The notes beneath the pieces are model-generated. The model saw only the letters and a list, made by a program, of their open reading frames with translations. It was not told the DNA's origin and did not search any database. A program made the position numbers and the translations under genes. This document shows, one piece after another, positions 51,580 through 60,195 of a stretch of DNA of 64,000 nucleotides (its first letter is position 1; each line of letters starts with the position of its first letter). Source of the stretch: Burkholderiales bacterium (GTDB lineage: Bacteria; Pseudomonadota; Gammaproteobacteria; Burkholderiales; SG8-39); NCBI GenBank assembly GCA_036406675.1, contig DASXAO010000138.1:6851-70850 (forward strand). Reading direction: 5' to 3'.

Positions 51580-52347
51580 TTGCGCGTCGCGACCTGGAAC
51601 GTCAATTCGCTGAAGGTGCGCCTGCCGCACCTCGTCGACTGGCTCGCACGGGAAAAGCCGGACGTCGCCTGCCTGCAGGAGACGAAGATCGAGGACGCGA
51701 ACTTCCCCGTCGCCGAGGTGCGCGCCGCCGGCTACGAAGCGGTGTACTGCGGCCAGAAGGCCTACAACGGCGTGGCGATCCTCGCGCGAACCCCGCCGGC
51801 CGCCGTGCAGCACGGCATCCCCGATTTCGCCGACGACCCAAAGCGCGTGATCGCCGCGACCGTCGGCGAAGTGCGGATCGTGTGCCTGTACGCGCCCAAC
51901 GGGCAGGCGCCGGGATCGGACAAGTACGAGTACAAGCTGCGCTGGTACGACGCTCTCGCCACCTGGCTGCAAGGGGAAGCGGAACGGCATCCAAGCCTGG
52001 CCGTTCTAGGCGATCTGAACGTCGCACCGGAAGACCGCGACGTGCACGACCCGAAGCGCTGGGCAGGACAGATCCACGTTTCGGACCCCGAGCGCGCGGC
52101 GATGCGCCGCGTGGTCGACGAAGTCGGGCTGGCGGACGCTTTCCGGCTTTTCCCGCAGCCGCCGGGCGAATTCTCGTGGTGGGACTACCGCCTCGCCGCG
52201 TTCCAGCGCAACTGGGGCCTGCGCATCGATCACATCCTGCTTTCGCCGGAGCTCGCGAAGCGCTGCCGTGCCTGCTTCGTCGACAAGTCACCCCGAAAGC
52301 TCGAGCGGCCGTCGGATCACGCTCCGGTCATCGCGGAGCTGCAGTAA
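51580..52347 (+). CDS. xth: exodeoxyribonuclease III
   Basis: 255 aa with an apparent TTG start. [17 protein letters not shown]...CLQETK...SDHAPV is typical of the ExoIII/Xth family. Confidence 0.88.
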   Translation: MRVATWNVNSLKVRLPHLVDWLAREKPDVACLQETKIEDANFPVAEVRAAGYEAVYCGQKAYNGVAILARTPPAAVQHGIPDFADDPKRVIAATVGEVRIVCLYAPNGQAPGSDKYEYKLRWYDALATWLQGEAERHPSLAVLGDLNVAPEDRDVHDPKRWAGQIHVSDPERAAMRRVVDEVGLADAFRLFPQPPGEFSWWDYRLAAFQRNWGLRIDHILLSPELAKRCRACFVDKSPRKLERPSDHAPVIAELQ

Positions 52348-52437
52348 AAAGGGGTCAGAGGAATTTTTCTGTAACACTTTCCGCGCCGCATGCGCGCGCG
52401 CCGGGTGTTACAGAAAAATTCCTCTGACCCCTTTTTA
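52345..52437. repeat. family-1 palindromic element, copy 2 (33-bp perfect inverted arms)
   Basis: Left arm 52345-52377 (TAAAAAGGGGTCAGAGGAATTTTTCTGTAACAC) is the exact reverse complement of right arm 52405-52437. The spacer is 27 nt and GC-rich and contains CGCATGCG. The outermost triplets are the TAA stops of xth (+) and aceB (-). Confidence 0.88.
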
Positions 52438-54036
52438 GTCGATCAACTGATACGCCGGCAAGGTGAGGAACTCAACGTAGTGGTCGTCGACGGTGATGCG
52501 CTCGAAGAGCTGGGCGGCTTCGTCGTACCTGCCTTCGCTCATTGCGGCCTTCACCTTGGCGAGCTCCTCCTTTAGAAGGGCGCGGAAAAGCTCGACCGTG
52601 ACCTTCCTGCCGTCGTCGAGCACGCCCTTGGGCGAGCGGATCCACTGCCAGATCTGAGAGCGCGAGATCTCGGCGGTGGCGGCGTCCTCCATCAGGTTGA
52701 ACACCGGCACGCAGCCGTTGCCCACGAGCCAGGCGCCGAGATACTGGATCCCGACCGAGATGTTGTTGCGCAGCCCCGCCTCGGTGATCGGCTTGTCGGG
52801 CTGGAACGCGAGCAGATCCCGCGCCGAGACGCTCACGTCCGGCCGCTGCCGCGTGTACTGGTTGGGCTGCGGCATGTGCTTGTCGAACACTTCCTTGGCG
52901 ATCGGCACGAGCGCGGGATGCGCGACCCAGGTGCCGTCGCAGCCGTCGGTCACCTCGCGCAGCTTGTCCTGGCGCACCTTGTCGAGCGCGGCCTCGTTCG
53001 CCTTCGGGTCGTTCTTGATCGGGATCTGCGCGGCCATGCCGCCCATCGCCGGCGCGCCGCGCCGGTGGCAGGTCTTCACGAGGAGCAGGGCGTAGGCGCG
53101 CATGAAGGGCGCCGTCATGGTCACCTGGGCGCGGTCAGCGAGGCAGAAATCGCGGTCGGCGCGGAATTTCTTGATGCACGAGAAGATGTAGTCCCAGCGG
53201 CCGATGTTGAGGCCCGAGGAATGCTCGCGCAGCTCATAGAGGAACTCGTCCATCTCGAACGCGGCGACCACGGTCTCGATCAGCGCGGTGGCGCGGATCG
53301 TCCCGACGGGGATCCCGAGCTCCTGCTGCGCAAGCACGAAAATCTCGTTCCACAGGCGCGCCTCGAGGTGCGACTCCATCTTCGGCAGATAGAAGTAAGG
53401 GCCCGAGCCGCGCGCGAGCAGCTCTTTCGCGTTGTGGAAAAAGTAGAGCGCGAAGTCGAAGATGCCGCCGGACACGGGCTGGCCGTCGACCGTGACGTGC
53501 TTTTCATCGAGGTGCCAGCCGCGCGGCCGCGGGATGAGAACCGCGGTCTTCTCTTTCAGGTGATAAACCCTCTGGGTACTGTCAGCTGCGGTGCTTTCGA
53601 AGCTGATCGTGCGCCGCACGGCGTCGCGCAGGTTGATCTGCCCGTCCACCATGTTGTGCCAGGTCGGGCAGTTGGCGTCCTCGAAGTCCGCCATGAACGT
53701 CGAGGCGCCGCTGTTCAGGGCATTGATCACCATCTTTCGGTCGGTCGGCCCGGTGATCTCGACGCGCCGGTCCAGAAGATCCTTCGGCTGCGCAGCAACC
53801 TGCCATTCGGAATCGCGGATGTGTTTCGTTTCCACGAAAAAGTCCGGCTTGACGCCTGTGTCGAACATCGCTTGCCGCTCGGCGCGACGCGCGAGCAACT
53901 CCTGGCGGCGGGATTCGAAGCGCCGGTGGAGCTTGGCTACGAAGGCGAGCGCTTCGGGCGTGAGGATCTGCGCGAACTCGGGAGTGATGCGTCCGGAGAT
54001 CGAAACGTCTTTGGGCAGCGGACTCGACATGTGCAT
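52435..54036 (-). CDS. aceB: malate synthase A
   Basis: 533 aa. Sequence such as [21 protein letters not shown]...FMADFEDA is typical of malate synthase A. An alternative ATG lies at 54030. Confidence 0.9.
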   Translation of the reverse strand: MHMSSPLPKDVSISGRITPEFAQILTPEALAFVAKLHRRFESRRQELLARRAERQAMFDTGVKPDFFVETKHIRDSEWQVAAQPKDLLDRRVEITGPTDRKMVINALNSGASTFMADFEDANCPTWHNMVDGQINLRDAVRRTISFESTAADSTQRVYHLKEKTAVLIPRPRGWHLDEKHVTVDGQPVSGGIFDFALYFFHNAKELLARGSGPYFYLPKMESHLEARLWNEIFVLAQQELGIPVGTIRATALIETVVAAFEMDEFLYELREHSSGLNIGRWDYIFSCIKKFRADRDFCLADRAQVTMTAPFMRAYALLLVKTCHRRGAPAMGGMAAQIPIKNDPKANEAALDKVRQDKLREVTDGCDGTWVAHPALVPIAKEVFDKHMPQPNQYTRQRPDVSVSARDLLAFQPDKPITEAGLRNNISVGIQYLGAWLVGNGCVPVFNLMEDAATAEISRSQIWQWIRSPKGVLDDGRKVTVELFRALLKEELAKVKAAMSEGRYDEAAQLFERITVDDHYVEFLTLPAYQLID

Positions 54037-54213
54037 AGCAGCATCTACTCGCTATCAGGACACTAAATTATTGAGTGGGCGGCGAATCTCCCCCGCGACC
54101 GCCCAGCCCGAAGGACCCTCCGGCGAAGCGGTTGCCGCACTGCAACATTACCATAGGCCGAGTGAATGAGACATACCTCACGGCGTGCCGAGTGGAGTTT
54201 TTAGGAACTTTGA

Positions 54214-54239
54214 CCGCAATTTCATATGATGAAATGCGG
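54214..54239. promoter_or_regulatory. imperfect palindrome CCGCAATTTCAT-ATG-ATGAAATGCGG in the aceB upstream region
   Basis: 7-bp perfect core arms (ATTTCAT / ATGAAAT) with GC extensions, read directly. It sits in a 295-bp lower-GC divergent intergenic region. The operator role is speculative. Confidence 0.25.
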
Positions 54240-54331
54240 CACTGCCGCGTGAAATCCTGCGCCGATCGGAGTAGGCTGCAAGCCCTCGCCGTCCTCTCCC
54301 AACCCCTTGTTTCATATCGTGAGATAGCCCG

Positions 54332-55429
54332 ATGCCGACTCCCTACAACGTCCTGATTCTTGGTGCTTCCTATGGGTCCCTCCTCGCCATCAAGCTGGTG
54401 GCCGCGGGGCATACGGCGAAGCTCGTGTGCCTGCCGGCCGAAGCGGAGGCCTTCAACAGCGACGGTGCGCGCGTGCGCATGCCCATCAAGGGACGCGAAG
54501 GCCTCGTGGAGGTGCACTCGAAGAAGCTGCCGGGAAAGCTGTCCGCCGATGGGCCGGGGGCCGTCAATCCGCGCGATTACGACCTCGCAGTGCTCGCCAT
54601 GCAGGAGCCGCAGTATCGCTCGCCGGGCGTGCGCGAGCTCCTCGAGGCGGTGGCGAAGCAGAAGGTGCCGTGCATGTCGATCATGAACATGCCGCCGCTG
54701 CCGTATCTCGCCCGGATCCCGGGACTATCGGTGAAGGAGCTGCGCAGCGCGTTTACGGATCCGAGCGTGTGGGACAGCTTCGATCCGTCGTTCATGACGC
54801 TCTGCAGCCCGGACCCCCAGGCGTTCCGTCCCCCCGAAGAGAAGATCAACGTGCTCCAGGTTCGCCTGCCGACCAATTTCAAGTCGGCGCGCTTCCCGTC
54901 GGAAACGCACACGAAGATCCTGCGGGACCTGGAAAAAGGCATCGAGGCCGTGCGCTACGAGGGCATGGAGCTGCCGGTGAAGCTGAAGGTGCACGACTCG
55001 GTGTTCGTGCCGCTCGCCAAGTGGGCCATGCTGATGGCGGGCAACTACCGCTGCGTCACCAAGGACGGGATGATTCCGATCAAGGAGGCGGTGCACCGCG
55101 ATCTCGAGGCCTCGCGCGCCGTGTACGACTGGGTCGTCAAGCTGTGCGTTTCGCTCGGCGCCGATCCGAAGGACCTCGTGCCGTTCGAGAAGTACGCCGC
55201 CGCTGCGCAAGGCCTGGCGAGCCCATCCTCCGCGGCGCGCGCCCTCTTCGGCGGCGCGCCCAACATCGAGCGTGTCGATCGCCTGGTGCAGGCGGTGGGC
55301 GCGCGCAAGGGCATGCGCAACGCGGTGATCGACGAGGTAGTGACGCTTGTGGACGCGCGCCTGGAGCTCAATCGGCGGTCAACTCAAGCAACCGTTTCCT
55401 CGCAGAGCGGAGCGAGAAAAACCGCGTGA
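54332..55429 (+). CDS. hypothetical NAD(P)-binding protein (ketopantoate reductase/ApbA-like N-terminus)
   Basis: 365 aa. The N-terminus YNVLILGASYGSLLAIKLVAAGH looks like a variant dinucleotide-binding fold. I do not recognise the rest. It is divergent from aceB. Confidence 0.55.
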   Translation: MPTPYNVLILGASYGSLLAIKLVAAGHTAKLVCLPAEAEAFNSDGARVRMPIKGREGLVEVHSKKLPGKLSADGPGAVNPRDYDLAVLAMQEPQYRSPGVRELLEAVAKQKVPCMSIMNMPPLPYLARIPGLSVKELRSAFTDPSVWDSFDPSFMTLCSPDPQAFRPPEEKINVLQVRLPTNFKSARFPSETHTKILRDLEKGIEAVRYEGMELPVKLKVHDSVFVPLAKWAMLMAGNYRCVTKDGMIPIKEAVHRDLEASRAVYDWVVKLCVSLGADPKDLVPFEKYAAAAQGLASPSSAARALFGGAPNIERVDRLVQAVGARKGMRNAVIDEVVTLVDARLELNRRSTQATVSSQSGARKTA

Positions 55430-55434
55430 CCTAA

Positions 55435-55466
55435 TCGGGGTCGCCCCCGACTGAATTATTCGGGGG
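55435..55466. terminator. alternative GC hairpins between convergent genes
   Basis: TCGGGG (55435-40) and TCGGGGG (55460-66) are both complementary to CCCCCGA (55444-50). The region lies between the stop of the 54332 gene and the ntrC stop and overlaps the latter. Confidence 0.4.
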
Positions 55467-56856
55467 CCGATTTGTCGTCTTCGATGCCGAGCTCCTGGAT
55501 CTTGCGGGTGATGGTGTTGCGCCCCATGCCCAGGAGATTGGCGGCCTCGATGCGCCGGCCCGCGGTGCGCTCGAGCGCCTTGGCGATGAGCGCGCGCTCG
55601 AACTGACGCGAAAGCCCGTCGAGGATCCCGGTTTCGCCGCGCGCCAGGCGGCGCTCGGCCTCGCGCTCGAGCGCGGCGAGCCAGTCGGAGATCGTGGCGG
55701 CGGCCTGGTCGCGAAACTCCGACGGCAGGTCTGCGGTGTCGACCACCTGTCCCGGCGCCATGACGGTGACCCAGTGGCAGAGGTTTTCCAGCTGCCGCAC
55801 GTTCCCCGGAAACTCGAGCCGCGCGAGGTGCGCCAGCGCATCGTCGGACAACCGCTTGGGCTCCACGCCCAGTTGCTTAGCGCTGACGGACAGAAAATGC
55901 CGGGTCAACAACGGCACATCGTCGGCGCGCTCGCGCAGGCTCGGCAGCCGCAATCGGATTACGTTCAGGCGGTGAAAGAGGTCCTCGCGGAATGTCCCTT
56001 CGCGCACGCGCTGCTCGAGGTTCTGGTGCGTGGCGGCGATCACGCGCACGTTCGCCTTGATCTGCTGGTGGCCGCCGACCCGATAGTAGTTACCGTCGGA
56101 AAGCACGCGCAAAAGCCGTGTCTGCAGCTCGGGCGGCATGTCGCCGATCTCGTCCAGAAAGAGCGTGCCGCCCTCCGCCTGCTCGAAGCGTCCGCGCCGC
56201 TGCTGCTGCGCGCCGGTGAAGGAGCCGCGCTCGTGGCCGAAGAGCTCGGATTCGAGCAGGTCCTTGGGCATCGCCGCCGTGTTGATCGCGACGAACGGCT
56301 TCTGGCCGCGCGCACTGTGACGGTGCAGCGCGCGCGCCACAAGCTCCTTTCCGGTTCCCGATTCGCCCGTGATCAGCACCGTGGCGCTCGACTGCGAGAG
56401 CCGCCCGATAGCGCGGAACACCTCCTGCATCGCGGGCGCCTGGCCGAGAATCTCCTTCGGCTCGAACACCGTCTCGACCGCCTGCGTCTCGCGCCGGCTC
56501 TCGTCCAACGCGCGCCGGATCAGGTCGACCGCCTGGTCGACGTCGAACGGTTTCGGCAGGTATTCGTAGGCGCCGCCCTGGAACGCGGCGACGGCGGAAT
56601 CGAGGTCCGAATACGCCGTCATGACGATCACCGGCACCGCGGGGTGGCGCTGCTTCACCGCGTTCAGCAGCTCGAGGCCGGATAGACCCGGCATGCGGAT
56701 ATCCGACACCAGCACCTCGGGCGAATCGCCCGAGAGCGCATCGAGCGCGTCCTGCGCGGAGGAAAAGGAGCTGAACGGGATGCCTTCGCGGCTGAGCGCC
56801 TTCTCGATCACCCAGCGGATCGACCGATCGTCGTCCACGATCCAGACCGGTTTCAT
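55456..56856 (-). CDS. ntrC: nitrogen regulation protein NR(I), sigma-54-dependent response regulator
   Basis: 466 aa with a receiver domain, AAA+ motifs (GESGTGKE, GSFTGA) and a C-terminal HTH. ATGA overlap with ntrB. Confidence 0.92.
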   Translation of the reverse strand: MKPVWIVDDDRSIRWVIEKALSREGIPFSSFSSAQDALDALSGDSPEVLVSDIRMPGLSGLELLNAVKQRHPAVPVIVMTAYSDLDSAVAAFQGGAYEYLPKPFDVDQAVDLIRRALDESRRETQAVETVFEPKEILGQAPAMQEVFRAIGRLSQSSATVLITGESGTGKELVARALHRHSARGQKPFVAINTAAMPKDLLESELFGHERGSFTGAQQQRRGRFEQAEGGTLFLDEIGDMPPELQTRLLRVLSDGNYYRVGGHQQIKANVRVIAATHQNLEQRVREGTFREDLFHRLNVIRLRLPSLRERADDVPLLTRHFLSVSAKQLGVEPKRLSDDALAHLARLEFPGNVRQLENLCHWVTVMAPGQVVDTADLPSEFRDQAAATISDWLAALEREAERRLARGETGILDGLSRQFERALIAKALERTAGRRIEAANLLGMGRNTITRKIQELGIEDDKSAPE

Positions 56857-57902
56857 GTGAGCGGCAGTAGGATCCTGAATGTTGTGCGGCCGGGACGGGA
56901 TTCGAACTCGATGACGCCCTGGTGATACTGGACGAACGTCTGAGCGAGCGAGAGTCCCAAGCCGGTGCCGCCTTCCCTGCCCGAAACGAGCGGATTGAAG
57001 ATCCGGTCCTGGATCTCTTCCGGAACGCCCGGGCCGTCGTCGATCACTTGCAATTCTAATGCCAGCCTGTAGCGCTGCCTCAGGATGGTTGTTTGTCTCG
57101 TTGCCCTTGTTCTGAAAAGAATGGAAGCGGAACCCGCCTGCGCGGCGTTGCGCGCGATGTTGAGCACCGCCTGGATCAGCTGCTCGCGGTCGCCCAAGAG
57201 ATCAGGCAGGCTCGGGTCGTAGTCGCGCTCGATGACGATGCCGAATTCGGCTTTCACCAGGCTGCGCACGCGTTCTAGCACCTCGTGCACGCTCATCGGC
57301 TCGATGCGCGGCGCGCGGTGCGGCGTGAGCATGCGGTCCATCAAGGCCTGCAGCCGGTCCGCCTCCTTGATGATCACCTGGGTGTACTCCTTCAATTCGG
57401 GCTGATCGAGCTCGCGCTCGAGAAGCTGCGCCGAGCCGCGCAGCCCGCCGAGCGGGTTCTTGATCTCGTGAGCGAGATTGCGGATCAGCTCGCGGTTCGC
57501 CTGCTCGCCGGCGACGATGCGCTCTTCGCGCGCGAGGCGCAGCTGCTCGCTGATCGGCCGCAACTCCGCGAGCAGCGCGAGGCCCCCGATTGACTCATTC
57601 GGGGGCAGGCCCGTGCCGTCGATCCGCGTGACGACGCACGAGAGCGGCAGCGGCTCGCGTCCCATGCGTAGGTAGGTCACGTTCTGCGCTGCATAGTCCC
57701 AGTGCGTCGTGCGAGCTTCGCTCAGCGATTTTGCAAGCTCGTGACGTTCGGCGAAAAACTGCAGGAAGTGCTGGCCGTTCAGGCTCTTCGCGCCGGTGGC
57801 GAGAAGGCTTTCCGCCGCCGGGTTGGCATAGCGCACGACGAAGCCCTCGTCGAGCGCGACCACCGCGGTGGCGAGGAGCTCCAGCCCTGAGAACGAAACC
57901 AC
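56853..57902 (-). CDS. ntrB: nitrogen regulation sensor histidine kinase NR(II)
   Basis: 349 aa with a GTG start. It has a PAS-like N-terminus, the H-box HEIKNPLGGLRGSAQLL and an ATPase domain with GTGLGL. Confidence 0.9.
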   Translation of the reverse strand: MVSFSGLELLATAVVALDEGFVVRYANPAAESLLATGAKSLNGQHFLQFFAERHELAKSLSEARTTHWDYAAQNVTYLRMGREPLPLSCVVTRIDGTGLPPNESIGGLALLAELRPISEQLRLAREERIVAGEQANRELIRNLAHEIKNPLGGLRGSAQLLERELDQPELKEYTQVIIKEADRLQALMDRMLTPHRAPRIEPMSVHEVLERVRSLVKAEFGIVIERDYDPSLPDLLGDREQLIQAVLNIARNAAQAGSASILFRTRATRQTTILRQRYRLALELQVIDDGPGVPEEIQDRIFNPLVSGREGGTGLGLSLAQTFVQYHQGVIEFESRPGRTTFRILLPLT

Positions 57903-57903
57903 G

Positions 57904-58374
57904 CTAGCGGTTCTGGTTCGCCAGCTCGCGCTTGAGCGCTTCTACGTTCTTCTCGTGGGTTTCGACGCGGTCCTTGAAAGGCTGCAGGCGCTCGAGCACT
58001 CTCGCGTAGTTGCGCTCGTCGCCGTTGCGCACGGCTTCCTGCTCGGCAAGCTCCTCCTTCGCTTTCGCCAGGTTGGCCTCCTCGCTGGCGAGCTCCTGCT
58101 GGAGAATCTCGGCCTGTTTGCCCTTGGCGTTGGCGCGATCCGCCGCCGATTCGCGCGGGAAGCCGGGCGCGCGCCCCTGCTTCTGCGCCGGCGGCGCCAC
58201 GTTGATCTGCGTGGTGACGAGCTGGCACTTGCGGCCCGCGGTTTCGCGCGCGTCGTTGGTGTAGCTCGCCTTCCCGGAGGCATCCACGCACTTGTAGATC
58301 TCGCTGCGCGGCTGCGACGCCGCCGGCCCCGCGATGGCGGCGAATATCCCGAAAATCAACCACCTAAGTCCCAT
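57904..58374 (-). CDS. DUF4124 domain protein with coiled-coil tail
   Basis: 156 aa from the ATG at 58374. It has a signal peptide and the segment IYKCVDASGKASYTN. The position between glnA and ntrB is common in Betaproteobacteria as I recall. Confidence 0.68.
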   Translation of the reverse strand: MGLRWLIFGIFAAIAGPAASQPRSEIYKCVDASGKASYTNDARETAGRKCQLVTTQINVAPPAQKQGRAPGFPRESAADRANAKGKQAEILQQELASEEANLAKAKEELAEQEAVRNGDERNYARVLERLQPFKDRVETHEKNVEALKRELANQNR

Positions 58375-58390
58375 GAGGGCGCAATATACC

Positions 58391-58423
58391 GAAAAAGAAG
58401 GGGCGGGCACATGCCCGCCCCCT
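58391..58423 (-). terminator. Rho-independent terminator after glnA
   Basis: On the minus strand, a GGGGCGGGCA..TGCCCGCCCC stem of ~10 bp is followed by CTTCTTTTTC. It lies 27-59 nt downstream of the glnA stop. Confidence 0.65.
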
Positions 58424-58449
58424 CTTCAACGTCCGAAGCGCGAAACCGC

Positions 58450-59865
58450 TTACGCGGCGTAATACATATCGAACTCGACCGGATGGGTCGTCATGCGGAA
58501 GCGCGTGAGCTCCTCGGTCTTCAGCGCGACGTAGGACTCGAGGAAGTCCTCGGAGAACACGCCGCCGCGCGTGAGGAAGGCGTGGTCGTCCTGCAGGCAG
58601 TTGAGCGCCTCCTCGAGCGACGCGCACACGTGCGGCACCTTTGCGGCTTCCTCCGGCGGCAGGTGGTACATGTCCTTGTCGACCGGGTCGCCGGGGTGGA
58701 TCTTGTTCTGCACGCCGTCGAGCCCCGCGAGGAGCATGGCCGCGAACGCGAGATACGCGTTCGTGGTCGGGTCGGGGAAGCGCACTTCCACGCGCCGGCC
58801 ATTCGGGCTCGAGACGTACGGGATGCGGCACGCGGCCGAGCGGTTGCGCGCCGAGTACGCGAGGTTGATCGGCGCCTCGAAGCCCGGGACCAGGCGCTTG
58901 TAGGAGTTGGTTCCCGGGTTGGTGATCGCGTTGAGCGCCTTCGCGTGCTTGATGATGCCGCCGATGTAGTGCAGCGCGAAGTCGGAGAGCCCGGCGTAGC
59001 CGTTGCCGGCGAACAGGTTCTTCCCGCCCTTCCACACCGACTGGTGGCAGTGCATGCCGGAGCCGTTGTCGCCGACGACCGGCTTGGGCATGAAGGTCGC
59101 GGTCTTGCCGTAGGAATGCGCCACGTTCCAGACCGTGTACTTCAGGATCTGCATCCAGTCGGCGCGCTGCACGAGCGGCGCGAAGCGCGTGCCGATCTCG
59201 TTCTGGCCCGCGGCGGCAACCTCGTGATGGTGGACTTCGACCTCGACGCCCTGCTGCTCGAGGGCGAGGCACATCGCGTTGCGGATGTCGAGCTGCGTGT
59301 CGGTCGGCGGGACCGGGAAGTAGCCGCCCTTCACCGGGGCGCGATGGCCCATGTTGCCCGACTCGTAGTCGATCCCGCTCGACCACGGCGCTTCCTCGGA
59401 CTTGATCTTCACCGAGCAGCCCGACATGTCGACGTTCCAGGTGACGCCGTCGAAGATGAAGAACTCGGGCTCGGGGCCGAAGTACGCGACATCGCCCATG
59501 CCGCTCGACTTGAGGTAGGCCTCTGCGCGCTTGGCGATCGAGCGCGGGTCGCGATCGTAGGGCTTGCCGTCCATCGGCTCGTAGACGTCGCAGCTGATGT
59601 TGAGCACCGGCTCATCGGTGAACGGGTCCATGCGCGCGCTGACCGGGTCCGGCATGAGGAGCATGTCGGAGGCCTGGATGCCCTTCCAGCCGGCGATGGA
59701 GGAGCCGTCGAAGGCGTGGCCGAGCTCGAACTTCTCCTTGTTGAAGTACTTGACGGGCACGCTCACGTGCTGCTCCTTGCCCCGCGTGTCCGTGAAGCGG
59801 AGATCGACGAACTTCACCTCCTTGTCCTTGATGAGCTTCAATACATCGTCGGCGGTCATCGCCAT
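58450..59865 (-). CDS. glnA: glutamine synthetase type I
   Basis: 471 aa from the ATG at 59865, preceded by [23 protein letters not shown] and the adenylylation-site context MYHLPPEE are present. Confidence 0.93.
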   Translation of the reverse strand: MAMTADDVLKLIKDKEVKFVDLRFTDTRGKEQHVSVPVKYFNKEKFELGHAFDGSSIAGWKGIQASDMLLMPDPVSARMDPFTDEPVLNISCDVYEPMDGKPYDRDPRSIAKRAEAYLKSSGMGDVAYFGPEPEFFIFDGVTWNVDMSGCSVKIKSEEAPWSSGIDYESGNMGHRAPVKGGYFPVPPTDTQLDIRNAMCLALEQQGVEVEVHHHEVAAAGQNEIGTRFAPLVQRADWMQILKYTVWNVAHSYGKTATFMPKPVVGDNGSGMHCHQSVWKGGKNLFAGNGYAGLSDFALHYIGGIIKHAKALNAITNPGTNSYKRLVPGFEAPINLAYSARNRSAACRIPYVSSPNGRRVEVRFPDPTTNAYLAFAAMLLAGLDGVQNKIHPGDPVDKDMYHLPPEEAAKVPHVCASLEEALNCLQDDHAFLTRGGVFSEDFLESYVALKTEELTRFRMTTHPVEFDMYYAA

Positions 59866-59917
59866 CTGCGGGTCTCCTGAGCGTATGTGGTTTGGTGTAG
59901 GTGGACCGGCGACACCA

Positions 59918-59932
59918 GCATGTTCCGTGCCA
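59918..59932 (-). promoter_or_regulatory. sigma-54 promoter candidate for glnA (TGGCAC-GGAAC-ATGC)
   Basis: The reverse complement of 59918-59932 reads TGGCACGGAACATGC, with GG and GC at the canonical -24/-12 spacing. It is ~50 nt upstream of the glnA ATG. Confidence 0.55.
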
Positions 59933-60004
59933 AAAAGTCGCCTTGAGGTGCCGTCGGAAAATAGGGGCGGTGAAGGGAACCGGGGGCATTCTACCCAAGG
60001 CCGT

Positions 60005-60051
60005 TGCACCGGATAAGGGCAATCGCGGTTTCATCGCACAATTCGGGTGCG
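60005..60051. promoter_or_regulatory. two NtrC-type enhancer half-palindromes
   Basis: TGCACCGGATAAGGGCA (60005-60021) and CGCACAATTCGGGTGCG (60035-60051) each match about 10 of 13 defined positions of TGCACC-N4-TGGTGCA. They lie 75-130 bp upstream of the sigma-54 site. Confidence 0.4.
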
Positions 60052-60064
60052 CGGGCCGCACCCC

Positions 60065-60070
60065 TATAAT
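60065..60070 (+). promoter_or_regulatory. consensus -10 hexamer TATAAT upstream of the TRAP dctP-like gene
   Basis: CGCACCCCTATAATGC shares the CGCACCCC(C)TATAAT context with the yggX site. It lies 126 nt upstream of the GTG start at 60196. Confidence 0.3.
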
Positions 60071-60195
60071 GCTTCCGGGAGGCCCGACGTGGAGGCGGGC
60101 GCCCGCCGCTTGCCGGGCTGACCGGCGGCAGGCGAAGCCTATCGATCCGGGCGCAGGCTGACCTGCCCTGGGATTCCAACCTGAGAGGAGGAAGC

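Noticed and set aside
54068-54517. Small ORFs (149 aa minus, 93 aa plus) inside the aceB upstream intergenic region
   Set aside because: They show no ribosome-binding sites, no recognisable sequence features and atypical composition. The region is better explained as regulatory DNA. A small protein or sRNA cannot be excluded without expression data.
60071-60195. Assigning the TRAP leader to a known riboswitch class (guanidine-II or -III, glutamine)
   Set aside because: The hairpin loops (GCUGA, CUGA) and overall layout do not match the ACGR-loop mini-ykkC, ykkC-III or glnA RNA consensus as I remember them. It needs a covariance-model search.
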